Below are positions 17,809 to 26,687 of a stretch of 64,000 nt of DNA, piece by piece. The notes below the pieces were generated by a model that saw nothing but the letters and a program-made list of their open reading frames with translations, ran no database searches and was not told the origin of the DNA. Made by a program: the position numbers and the translations under genes. Every line of letters starts with the position of its first letter. Positions within the stretch are counted from its first letter, which is position 1. The stretch lies in IMG/VR virus record IMGVR_UViG_3300002835_000006; one strand, written 5' to 3'. The DNA is from a virus (Duplodnaviria; Caudoviricetes).

Positions 17809-17811
17809 ATT

Positions 17812-18405
17812 ATGGACGGAGAAGAATATTTGTTTTTTTATCCTGGTGCCATTTATACAAACAATGGACAAAATGATTGTGTGATGCATGTTGGTGAAAA
17901 AAAGTTGATGGAGTTCATGGCAAGTTTAGCTTGTGTAAATGGTGGTGATATTTTGGAAATAGGTTTTGGATTAAACTTGTCTGCGGATGAAGTTCAAAAT
18001 AAAAGTTCAGTTACATCCCACACAATTATTGAGGTTCACCCTGAAATTTACGAGAGGGCTCTTTATTGGAAAAAAGACAAGAAAAATGTTGAAGTTTTAT
18101 TGGGGGATTGGTATGAAATCTTACCCTTAAAGAATAAAATTTTTGACGGTATCATTCACGACACTCATAACGATAGAAACATTCCAAATTTCCTTGATAT
18201 AGTAAAACCAAATTGTAAAGAAGGTACAATTGTGGTTTTTTTTGAGAACCAAGCCAATGACCTTAGATTACGTGAAATAAAGTATGATATGGACCCAAAT
18301 GATGTAGAGGTTCTACCATACAGAGATAGTTTTAGAAACAACAATTACACACTGAAATACTCCGTATTCAATGGAATTCAATTTGTTCCGATACCTATTT
18401 TTTAA
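17812..18405 (+). CDS. guanidinoacetate/RMT2-like SAM methyltransferase
   Basis: GGDILEIGFGL.LSA; SHTIIEVHP; GDW; FDGIIHDT. Confidence 0.75.
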   Translation: MDGEEYLFFYPGAIYTNNGQNDCVMHVGEKKLMEFMASLACVNGGDILEIGFGLNLSADEVQNKSSVTSHTIIEVHPEIYERALYWKKDKKNVEVLLGDWYEILPLKNKIFDGIIHDTHNDRNIPNFLDIVKPNCKEGTIVVFFENQANDLRLREIKYDMDPNDVEVLPYRDSFRNNNYTLKYSVFNGIQFVPIPIF

Positions 18406-18408
18406 ATA

Positions 18409-19434
18409 TTATTTTTTTAAATGATTAAATTCCAAAGTTATAAGGGAATCTTTAGGAATATTTGCTTGGTACCAATGGAATCTTGGACCTATGAAACCTC
18501 TCAAGTCCGATAACAACTTTCTTCTTATGGATTCCTCAACTTTTTCTCTTGTCACATTTGGGATTTCCCCTTTCAAATAATTTTCAGGAGTAAGTATACT
18601 TTTACCATGTAAAGTTTTAACAACGTCATAAATATCAATAACTATCGTTGCTTTATCACCTTCCGTTTTTATTGAATTTATTTTAAATTTTGCTCTGAAA
18701 TTTGGTGCTTGATTTTCATTTTGACGCCAATACCAATCTTTATGTTGTGCAGATGATATCCTTTTAGATTGAAATTCTTTTTCTTTAGATTTCAATCTTT
18801 CGATTTTACTGTTCATTATCTCATCGTGAGTTGCACCAGATTTTAATCTCTTCATTTCTGGCTCATCCAAAACATATACAGTTTCACCCAAATCTTCATT
18901 CCAAGACCTTTCCACGGGATTTGCATTACTCATTTGTCTACCCGTTGACGAGGAATATCTATTTAAATTTTCGTACCAAATTCCATTTTTAAAAATATAG
19001 ATTGGGTACCAACCATATGATGTAACTTCGTAATATCCAACACCCTTTGGGTCTGTCTTCCATATACCTTCCAAATTCGAACCACGGAAGGGTAGTTGTG
19101 CAACAGTAAATAAGTTCGACTTTGTGTTAGGAGTCCACTTTTGTCTATTTGTTTTTCTTGGGTCAATAAAATTTTCTTTTGTGAGACCAGAATAATCTCC
19201 ATCTTTTCGAAAATTTAAAAGATAGGATTCCAAAACAAAAAGAGAGTATTCCTCGGAAATACCCATCAAAGTGAGGGTTTTTTTTATAAATTGTAATAAA
19301 TCTTCCCTATTTCTTCCTTTTTTCTTGTATGCTTGAATATACTTGAAAAGTTTGAAAATCACCGTTTCAGGAACCTTATCATATATGTTCTCGAATAAAA
19401 ACTCAAATTGACTTTCAGTCAGTCTAAACTTCAT
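18409..19434 (-). CDS. leader-bearing hypothetical protein
   Basis: Start moved to MKFRLTESQFEFLFE, with ATATTTAT just upstream. Confidence 0.8.
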   Translation of the reverse strand: MKFRLTESQFEFLFENIYDKVPETVIFKLFKYIQAYKKKGRNREDLLQFIKKTLTLMGISEEYSLFVLESYLLNFRKDGDYSGLTKENFIDPRKTNRQKWTPNTKSNLFTVAQLPFRGSNLEGIWKTDPKGVGYYEVTSYGWYPIYIFKNGIWYENLNRYSSSTGRQMSNANPVERSWNEDLGETVYVLDEPEMKRLKSGATHDEIMNSKIERLKSKEKEFQSKRISSAQHKDWYWRQNENQAPNFRAKFKINSIKTEGDKATIVIDIYDVVKTLHGKSILTPENYLKGEIPNVTREKVEESIRRKLLSDLRGFIGPRFHWYQANIPKDSLITLEFNHLKK

Positions 19435-19471
19435 AATTGATAAATATACCTGAGGTTTATATTTATTATTT

Positions 19472-19756
19472 ATGAAAACATTTGATGATTTACAAAAAGA
19501 TAGAGGAATAATCAAAGACCTTTTTTCTAAATTTACAAATGGTGAAATCGACGATTTCGATTTCATAGTAGACTTCCTATCAAGAGGAAAACCAAAAGTA
19601 ACTTTTTTGTTAGGCGTTCCGGCTATGATTAAAAGAAAATATAACATGAAATTTGATGAAATTATCGAAAAGCATCTTAGGAATATGAGGTTTGTTCTCT
19701 CTACTTTGGGTTATGGAGATATTTTGAAAAAACCAATAGATTTCCAAATATTATGA
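19472..19756 (+). CDS. hypothetical protein
   Basis: ATATTTAT upstream; overlaps next start. Confidence 0.7.
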   Translation: MKTFDDLQKDRGIIKDLFSKFTNGEIDDFDFIVDFLSRGKPKVTFLLGVPAMIKRKYNMKFDEIIEKHLRNMRFVLSTLGYGDILKKPIDFQIL

Positions 19757-20583
19757 GTCTTTTAAAAAGTAATATAAGATTATTGATTGAGACAGTCTCG
19801 TTAGAGGATTTGGATTATGATGACATACATGATATTATCAATGTTTTTTTTAGAAGTTGGTTACAAGAGAAAAAACCAGAGATAAATCAAAAAAGATTTG
19901 CAATTACTTACCTTCAAAGAAGGTATTTCAATGAATTTCTGAAAGATATAGGTTTACTTGATTCAGGTGACCAAGATGAATACGATTTTGATAAAAAAGA
20001 TATACTTAGACATCTACTCAGTTTAGGTCGTATAGAATTACCTCTATATCACGAACACGAAACTAAATTCTTGGAGACATATAGAAAAAATTTTGAATTT
20101 CTTGTTAAAAGATTGGATTTACCAAAATTTGTAAAATTAGAATTTACCGAACCAAAACCATTTGAGTTAGAATGTAGTGTTGAGGTTGATTTCGAGAGTT
20201 GGATTAAATCCAACGAGACATTCCCAACAAGATTTTCGTTGGATAGAGACATAGAGAGACTTTTACAGAATTATATGGGTATTGAGGTTGGAGAATCTAG
20301 ATTTGGAGGTATTCAAATTTCAGTCCAAGAATATGACTATGTCGGATACAATAATTGGGTTAAAAATATATTTCCTAAAATAAAAAAAGAAATTAAACAA
20401 ATCCCTAAATTAGCTAACGTTCGTGCTATTCGGGGTAAAATTGAAAATAATAGGAAATTTATTATCGGTGTGTCTTTCGTGTCTTTCAGCCCCTACGGAT
20501 ATCTGAGCATTGACCACAAAAAAGAGATAAGAGAAATTTGGAAAAATCATGGGTATTCAGAAGATAAATTAGGTTTCTCATAA
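19753..20583 (+). CDS. hypothetical protein with leader-like N-terminus
   Basis: MSLLKSNIRLLIE; 276 aa. Confidence 0.75.
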   Translation: MSLLKSNIRLLIETVSLEDLDYDDIHDIINVFFRSWLQEKKPEINQKRFAITYLQRRYFNEFLKDIGLLDSGDQDEYDFDKKDILRHLLSLGRIELPLYHEHETKFLETYRKNFEFLVKRLDLPKFVKLEFTEPKPFELECSVEVDFESWIKSNETFPTRFSLDRDIERLLQNYMGIEVGESRFGGIQISVQEYDYVGYNNWVKNIFPKIKKEIKQIPKLANVRAIRGKIENNRKFIIGVSFVSFSPYGYLSIDHKKEIREIWKNHGYSEDKLGFS

Positions 20584-20628
20584 ACTTTATTATTTCAAAA
20601 AAAAGTGTTACTTTTGAAAAAAAAACAT

Positions 20629-20844
20629 ATGTATATTGACTACGAATCACCAAAAACAGTTTCTAAAACTGTAATGTTTAACGGAGAAACCGAAGACGGA
20701 AAAAAGTTCACAATCAACGCTAATTGGAATGATTGGGATGACTGGAATGTAACTACAGATGAGATTTCTTGGGATGATGAAGAAGGGAATGAAGATGAAA
20801 TTCAAGAAATTATCCACGAATTCTTGAATGAAATGAATGGATAG
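20629..20844 (+). CDS. small acidic protein
   Basis: TACTTTTG (TAnnTTTG) at 20609-16 upstream. Confidence 0.7.
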   Translation: MYIDYESPKTVSKTVMFNGETEDGKKFTINANWNDWDDWNVTTDEISWDDEEGNEDEIQEIIHEFLNEMNG

Positions 20845-20875
20845 GTCAAACGATGTATTTATTGAAAAAAACATC

Positions 20876-20986
20876 ATGGCTAGAACAAAAAAGTTTTTCA
20901 AACCTACGAGAAGTAAAAAATCAGGAAGAAAAACAAACAAAAGAATCGCAGCTAATAATCAAATATTAAAAAAGTACCTCGGATAA
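20876..20986 (+). CDS. 36-aa Lys/Arg-rich peptide (not in ORF track)
   Basis: MARTKKFFKPTRSKKSGRKTNKRIAANNQILKKYLG; TATTTAT upstream, hairpin downstream. Confidence 0.6.
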   Translation: MARTKKFFKPTRSKKSGRKTNKRIAANNQILKKYLG

Positions 20987-21023
20987 AATCCGAGGTTTTT
21001 TTATTCCTACGGGTATTTATATT

Positions 21024-22604
21024 GTGATTTTACGCGAAACAATAAGAAGAATATTGTTGGAGGATTTAGCTTCACAATTACAACAATTAAAGGACAAATA
21101 TGTTGGTGATGGTAAACCCATGACTGAAAAGGATTTTGAAAAAATCTTAGAGGTTGCGGCAAATAAATTTTATATAATTGCTTGGCTCGCTAAAAGAGTA
21201 GGTACCGGCATGATTAAAGCCGAGGATATATACAAGTACAAAGAATATTTCGACATATTCGAAAAAAACAAAAAGAAATTTACTCACAAGGATATAAATC
21301 TTTATAAAACTGCAGAGGACCTTCAAAAATTTTTAGATGAAGTTTTCAATGTTCGTGAAGGTGATTTAACTTTTACAGAAATTCAAGGTAAAGACAATTT
21401 TGTAAGTAAAAATGATATCGAAAAATTAGAAAATACAGGAGGAATAAAATATTTGGGGATATATGACAATGGAAATTTTCAATATCAAGTTTTTCAAATT
21501 TTTCGAGTAGGGAAAGAAGTTTGGAAACAATACAGAGACATTCTAGGTAGATGTAAAGGAAGAAACAGAGGAGCTAAAATTGATATTTGTACGATAGGTC
21601 AATATCATTACTTTAGAGAATATCTGACCGACCCAAGAGGTTCAAGTTATTTTTTGTTGTTTAATTTAGACGACTCAAGGTCACCATACCAATTGCACTA
21701 CGAGTCCGGTCAATTCATGGACAAAAACGATAGAGAAAGACACAACATAAAACAATTAAAATTTTTCGAATGGGTCGGCGATATGGTTCCAAAATATAGT
21801 ATTGAAAATCCTAAATTTCCTGGTAATTTCGAAATACCTGTGAAGGGTAAGGGCACCCTCGATGACAGAGGACGTAAACAAGGTTTATGGAAAGAATTTG
21901 ATAGGGGTAGACTTGATGCTATAAGAACTTATGTAAATAGTGTTGTTCGTGGTCCTTATGTAGAATATTTTGATGAAAAAAAAATACAAGAAAAAGGATT
22001 TATTGGTCCGAATGACAGATTAGATGGTGAATTTGAATCTTACCATCCAAATGGAGAAGTACACAAAAAAGGAAAATATAAACTCGGGGAGAGAGTTGGG
22101 GTTTGGATTATGGGAGATGAAGACGGTGTATATAGAATGATTGATTATGACAATAATCCAATTGAGGTAACCGGTTTTACTTCAACAGGAAAAGTTAGAT
22201 ATGTGAGTACTGCAAGAAGGCAAGATAATGAAAGATGGAGACCAAATCCAGCTTACGGAAAAACTATATTTTTCAACCCTTCAGGAAGTGTAAATGCAAT
22301 AGGTACGCTAGGTGTTGATAATTCACAACTGGGTGAGTGGACATACTATTTTGCTGATGGTAGTATCAAATCACAAGGTAAATTTTTAAGAGGAATGCGC
22401 GAAGGTGAGTGGACTGATGTTTTGAAAGGTAAAGATGGTAAAAAATACATATTTGTTGCGAATTTTCGGAGAAATATACCTAATGAAAAAATAAAAATAT
22501 ATGATGAAAAGGGTAATTTTTTGAAAAAGAAGAATGCTTTTGATTTGAAAAGTAGATATTGGAATGATATGTCCCCTGATTTAGAATCTTTCAGACTTTA
22601 CTAA
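21024..22604 (+). CDS. leader + PcfJ-like/'CT' domain + MORN-variant repeats
   Basis: ETIRRILLE; ICT..Y.F..Y...YQ.H.ESGQFMD..D; repeats such as GEWTYYFADGSIKSQGKF and DGEFESYHPNG. Confidence 0.7.
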   Translation: MILRETIRRILLEDLASQLQQLKDKYVGDGKPMTEKDFEKILEVAANKFYIIAWLAKRVGTGMIKAEDIYKYKEYFDIFEKNKKKFTHKDINLYKTAEDLQKFLDEVFNVREGDLTFTEIQGKDNFVSKNDIEKLENTGGIKYLGIYDNGNFQYQVFQIFRVGKEVWKQYRDILGRCKGRNRGAKIDICTIGQYHYFREYLTDPRGSSYFLLFNLDDSRSPYQLHYESGQFMDKNDRERHNIKQLKFFEWVGDMVPKYSIENPKFPGNFEIPVKGKGTLDDRGRKQGLWKEFDRGRLDAIRTYVNSVVRGPYVEYFDEKKIQEKGFIGPNDRLDGEFESYHPNGEVHKKGKYKLGERVGVWIMGDEDGVYRMIDYDNNPIEVTGFTSTGKVRYVSTARRQDNERWRPNPAYGKTIFFNPSGSVNAIGTLGVDNSQLGEWTYYFADGSIKSQGKFLRGMREGEWTDVLKGKDGKKYIFVANFRRNIPNEKIKIYDEKGNFLKKKNAFDLKSRYWNDMSPDLESFRLY

Positions 22605-22644
22605 TTTTTTCTTCTGAGAGATATATTTATATAAAAAATCGATT

Positions 22645-23130
22645 ATGAAAAGTACTTTTTTTGTTAGTGAAGAAGAAAAAATGAGAATATTAGAAATGCA
22701 TTCTCCAAAAAGAACTATTGTTGAACAAGTTTTAATGCCCACAGTACCTGATATCAAAAGAGGTGAAACAATAAATCTTTATGATGAAACTAATAAATTA
22801 GATAAAAGATTTGTGATTTCTAAAGTTGTACAGGATTTGAATGGTGTTGTAAGAATAGATGTCAAATCTTCACAAACTTCATTAGGTGGTAAATCTCAAA
22901 AACAAGAAGTTAAAGTTTCTTACAAATGTGCAGATGAACATTTGGAAACAGACATAGAGAAAGAAGTTGAAGGTGCAAAAGAAGGAGACGCTCCTCAAGT
23001 TATAAAATACAAATCTGATTCTTTTGTTAAAAGACTCAGAAAAAAATTCTGTATGAAAAATTCGAAAGACGAATGGGTACCTAAAGCAGATTTTGCTAGT
23101 ACTGGTGTTGAACCTTCTGATATGGTTTAA
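22645..23130 (+). CDS. leader-bearing protein (EEEKxxI type), Cys-pair family
   Basis: MKSTFFVSEEEKMRILEMH; VSYKC; KKFC. Confidence 0.8.
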   Translation: MKSTFFVSEEEKMRILEMHSPKRTIVEQVLMPTVPDIKRGETINLYDETNKLDKRFVISKVVQDLNGVVRIDVKSSQTSLGGKSQKQEVKVSYKCADEHLETDIEKEVEGAKEGDAPQVIKYKSDSFVKRLRKKFCMKNSKDEWVPKADFASTGVEPSDMV

Positions 23131-23150
23131 AAAATCAAATAATTTATATA

Positions 23151-23177
23151 AAACCCTCTCAAACGAGAGGGTTTTTT
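23151..23177 (+). terminator. intrinsic terminator
   Basis: AAACCCTCTC-AAAC-GAGAGGGTTT then T-run. Confidence 0.75.
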
Positions 23178-23199
23178 GTTTATTGCCCTATTTATCAAT

Positions 23200-23367
23200 A
23201 TGAGTCGTACAATAGGAAGTATTTTTTTTAGTGAAAATGAAATTATTATCAAATACGACGTAGGTTACTCAAAAATATTTAAAATCAAAAATTCACCAAA
23301 GTATCAAGTTGGAACTGAGTGGATTGATTTCAACGGGTCGAGATTTTTTCTTTGTGAAGATGAATAA
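23200..23367 (+). CDS. small hypothetical protein
   Basis: TATTTAT upstream of ATG 23200. Confidence 0.5.
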   Translation: MSRTIGSIFFSENEIIIKYDVGYSKIFKIKNSPKYQVGTEWIDFNGSRFFLCEDE

Positions 23368-23414
23368 TTGTTGTTTTTATCAAAACAAAAACTTATTCTT
23401 ATCAAAAATAATAT

Positions 23415-23846
23415 ATGTCAAAAATTAAAATTTCACTAGACCGAGGTGATATGGTATGTGAGTTATATGATAACGAAACCCCTATCACAGTAAAAAATTT
23501 CTTAGATTTAATTTCCAAAAACTTCTACGACGGACTAAGTTTTCACAGGGTAATTCCTGGATTTGTTTGTCAAGGAGGATGTCCTCGTGGAGACGGTACC
23601 GGTGGACCTGGATACACAATTTCATGTGAAGTAAATGCTCAAAAACAATTTCACGACAAGGGAGTCTTATCTATGGCTCATGCAGGTAGAGATACCGGAG
23701 GTTCTCAATTTTTTATCTGTCACAACAGACAAAATACTCAACATCTTGATAGAAACCATACATGTTTTGGTAAAGTTATTGAGGGTTTGGAACTTATTGA
23801 CCAAATTAAACAAGGTGAGAAAATCAATTCAATTACCGTAATCTAA
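23415..23846 (+). CDS. ppiA: cyclophilin-type peptidyl-prolyl cis-trans isomerase
   Basis: FYDGLSFHRVIPGFVCQGG.P.GDGTGGPGY; GVLSMAHAGRDTGGSQFFI; HLD..HTCFGKV. Confidence 0.95.
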   Translation: MSKIKISLDRGDMVCELYDNETPITVKNFLDLISKNFYDGLSFHRVIPGFVCQGGCPRGDGTGGPGYTISCEVNAQKQFHDKGVLSMAHAGRDTGGSQFFICHNRQNTQHLDRNHTCFGKVIEGLELIDQIKQGEKINSITVI

Positions 23847-23854
23847 TACAAAAA

Positions 23855-24265
23855 ATGAAAAATTTAATCCTCAGTGTTATTCTTATTTTTTCGTCTATTT
23901 TTGGTTTCACTCAAACCTATTACAAAGCATCGATTACAGAAATGTATACTTGGAATAGAGTCGAAAAGGAGTGGGAACTTTATCAAAAAAATTCAGATGT
24001 CAACATAACGGTGGTAATTGAAGACCAGTTCATCAACATTCAGGCAAAAAACCCTAGCATGTACAAAATATATTTGAACAGTAAAGAAGAACTCAAAACA
24101 AAAACTTTATCAGGGTTTAGATATTCAGCTAAAAATCTAAAAGAAGATAATATTGTTAAAATAGATGTACTTGTGAGTAATGAGTCTCCGATTGCTGTGG
24201 TATCCATAATAGATATGGATGAAGGATATAATTTAAGATTTTTTCTAACTAAAGTTATAGAATAA
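23855..24265 (+). CDS. secreted hypothetical protein
   Basis: Signal peptide MKNLILSVILIFSSIFGFT/Q. Confidence 0.75.
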   Translation: MKNLILSVILIFSSIFGFTQTYYKASITEMYTWNRVEKEWELYQKNSDVNITVVIEDQFINIQAKNPSMYKIYLNSKEELKTKTLSGFRYSAKNLKEDNIVKIDVLVSNESPIAVVSIIDMDEGYNLRFFLTKVIE

Positions 24266-24270
24266 AAACA

Positions 24271-24294
24271 AACCCTCCCTACGGAGGGTTTTTT
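24271..24294 (+). terminator. intrinsic terminator
   Basis: AACCCTCC-CTAC-GGAGGGTT then T-run. Confidence 0.75.
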
Positions 24295-24310
24295 AATGTG
24301 TTTTGTATTT

Positions 24311-24727
24311 ATGAGTATGAAACAAGAATCTCAATATACTTGGACTGATAAAGATAAGGTCGTTGATTACACTGAACCGTTGAAAAAATTATGGGATAAC
24401 CTTATACCGCCACAGTTCCCACAAATAAAGACATTTGAAACTAAAGGCGCTAAATGGGTTGAGCATAAAAAGACTTTAGGTGGTGATTTGTATTACATTT
24501 GGGAGGAGGATTTGAAATATTTGGTAAGAATTACCATGAAGAAAGAACTTTTAATAGATTCTGGTTGGAACGGTACAGACAAAGTAACTCAGAAATTATT
24601 TAATAAAGCATACGGGGAGGATATTTTTCCTAATATCAGATATAAAATGTTACATTTTGCAAAATTTGTTGGATTGAAATTATCTCAGTTTGATTTGGAA
24701 GGTGATTTTAAAGTTTTTATTGATTAA
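24311..24727 (+). CDS. hypothetical protein, 'YPxI' family (divergent)
   Basis: LIPPQFPQIK...FAKFVGL. Confidence 0.7.
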   Translation: MSMKQESQYTWTDKDKVVDYTEPLKKLWDNLIPPQFPQIKTFETKGAKWVEHKKTLGGDLYYIWEEDLKYLVRITMKKELLIDSGWNGTDKVTQKLFNKAYGEDIFPNIRYKMLHFAKFVGLKLSQFDLEGDFKVFID

Positions 24728-24753
24728 AACGTCATAACCTCTATTATTTTTTA

Positions 24754-25197
24754 ATGGAAATTAGTGACAGATTTAGAGAAATAATTTTCAAAAAACTCAA
24801 TTCGGACTTATCGGAGTGTGTTTTTTTTCCATCAGGAAGAGAGACTTGGATTGTAAATACAGACGACAAATATTGGTATTTCTTATCAAATTGTGATGGT
24901 GAAGTACATTATAATTCGGAGTTTTTCAATCGTTTTTTCAGGTTATTTTCTCTCAAACAAGAAGAGTACCAAGATGTTCTAAAGCAGTGGTTTGAATTTA
25001 TAACTTCGCAAAAAATTAGAATTATTTCGAGAAGGGGAGGTAATTTCGATTACATCTTGGAGGTTTTGTTCAAGAAACACCAAGATGAATGGACAATATT
25101 TGAAAGGTATGGATGGAGTTATCACATCGTAAAAAAGTACACTGATATGAAAAAAAACCTGAATAAAAAATATATTACCGTTTCAGATTTTATTTGA
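24754..25197 (+). CDS. hypothetical protein, 'KWFE'-like
   Basis: FFRLFSL...VLKQWFE. Confidence 0.7.
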   Translation: MEISDRFREIIFKKLNSDLSECVFFPSGRETWIVNTDDKYWYFLSNCDGEVHYNSEFFNRFFRLFSLKQEEYQDVLKQWFEFITSQKIRIISRRGGNFDYILEVLFKKHQDEWTIFERYGWSYHIVKKYTDMKKNLNKKYITVSDFI

Positions 25198-25251
25198 AAA
25201 GTAGGATTCTAGTCCATTTATTATTTTGACTATTTATATTTATTGTACAAG

Positions 25252-25536
25252 ATGAAGTCAATTATAATAACAGAATCCCAATTAGTGAAACTATTAGAAA
25301 CGGCTATGGATTTAGACATCTATGTTCAACCTGTTGATTATTCAACTTCTGCAGGAAATGATAGTTTGATTGATTCAATTGATGATAATATTTCCAAACT
25401 GGATGAATTAAAACAAATGTTCAAAACTGGTAAGACAATTTCTACTGAATCTGAAGGAGAATTTTACAAATTGACTAATAAAATAAATAAATTGTACGAC
25501 CAAACAAAATTTCAAGACCAATTTACAAGTTTATAA
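25252..25536 (+). CDS. leader-bearing hypothetical protein
   Basis: MKSIIITESQLVKLLE. Confidence 0.8.
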   Translation: MKSIIITESQLVKLLETAMDLDIYVQPVDYSTSAGNDSLIDSIDDNISKLDELKQMFKTGKTISTESEGEFYKLTNKINKLYDQTKFQDQFTSL

Positions 25537-25564
25537 AGTAGTGTATTTTTAAAAAAAAAACTTT

Positions 25565-25759
25565 ATGTATCAAAATTTATCAAATAATCAGAAAGCTCAG
25601 ATTTATAACAAATTATTAAATCAATATGAAAGATTACAAGAACAAGTTAGACTGATTAAATCGGAGGATATCAATGTATCACCTGAAAATCAGAAAAAAA
25701 TTGATTTTTTAGAGCACGAAATGAAAAGAGTGTTCAATGAAACTAAAAAACTATATTAA
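25565..25759 (+). CDS. small coiled-coil protein
   Basis: 64 aa helical ORF ending before terminator 25769-93. Confidence 0.65.
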   Translation: MYQNLSNNQKAQIYNKLLNQYERLQEQVRLIKSEDINVSPENQKKIDFLEHEMKRVFNETKKLY

Positions 25760-25798
25760 AATATTCACACCCCTCTCAAATGAGGGGTTTTTTATGTT

Positions 25799-26017
25799 AT
25801 GTTTAAAATGTTATTGAAAATTAAAAGTTTATTTGCGGAAAAACCTTCAAGTAAACTAACATGGACTGTAAAAGATTATGAAAAAGGAAGAAATTGGTCT
25901 AAAACACAACCACATCCCTTCATCAAAAACAAAACTTTATGGGACTTGTGTTATGACAAAGCGGATTCAGCCAACACAATTCATAATTTGAACAAATTTT
26001 TGTTCAACGAAATCTGA
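25799..26017 (+). CDS. hypothetical protein
   Basis: 72 aa ORF. Confidence 0.55.
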   Translation: MFKMLLKIKSLFAEKPSSKLTWTVKDYEKGRNWSKTQPHPFIKNKTLWDLCYDKADSANTIHNLNKFLFNEI

Positions 26018-26639
26018 ATCCAGTCAATTTTGTTATTTCTTCAACGGTAACCTCGTTGTTTTTGAAACCGTCGGGTTTTGAGGTTGAATTTTCGAATAGA
26101 AATGCAGACCAAAGGTTCTCTTTTTTGATAAAAATCACTTTCCAACAATATTTTGGTACTGTAACTTTCCCAATTTTCTTCAATTCACCTAAATTTCCAC
26201 ACCATACCATTATTGAGTCTTTTACTTTAGCGGTTTCTCTTACATAAACCTCCAAAGATTTCCAATCACCAGCATTTAATGAATGATATTGAGCAGAAAT
26301 GTTTGAAAAGTAAAAACATTCATCTTGGATTTGTTGTGTTTGACATAAATTGTCTGCTGCTGGCATCATATGACCTCGGTCTGTCCCACTATTTACAAAA
26401 TCCTTCATATTATCAGTTTCATTTGGTAATAAGGGGTCTGGTTTGAAACTATCTTTTCTTTTTAAAGGTGTTTTGCAGTCAACCATACTCTTTGTCACCC
26501 AAAATTCTACTAAAACAGGGTATTTTTTTGATTTACTGTAAATTGACGTGTAGTTTGTGTGTTTTAACCTTATTGTGTCTTGTGAGAGACATAAATTAGT
26601 TAAAAAAAGGAATACCAATCCAAAATATAGTCTGAACAT
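26004..26639 (-). CDS. secreted DNA/RNA non-specific endonuclease (NucA/EndG beta-beta-alpha-Me family)
   Basis: TDRGHMMPAAD; FYFSNISAQ..SLNAG.W..LE; VPKYCWKV; signal peptide ending CLS/Q. Confidence 0.9.
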   Translation of the reverse strand: MFRLYFGLVFLFLTNLCLSQDTIRLKHTNYTSIYSKSKKYPVLVEFWVTKSMVDCKTPLKRKDSFKPDPLLPNETDNMKDFVNSGTDRGHMMPAADNLCQTQQIQDECFYFSNISAQYHSLNAGDWKSLEVYVRETAKVKDSIMVWCGNLGELKKIGKVTVPKYCWKVIFIKKENLWSAFLFENSTSKPDGFKNNEVTVEEITKLTGFRFR

Positions 26640-26687
26640 AGAAATAAATACGTTCAAAAATTAGTTTTTTGACTTATTTTTAAATTT

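Noticed and set aside
18409-19647. 412-aa version of the minus-strand ORF, and other extended starts in the track
   Set aside because: The extension overlaps the divergent gene 19472; the leader motif and TATTTAT mark ATG 19434. The same logic was used to trim other starts.
20876-20893. Histone H3 tail mimicry (MARTK)
   Set aside because: Only five residues match in a K/R-rich peptide and the host is bacterial, so coincidence is likely.
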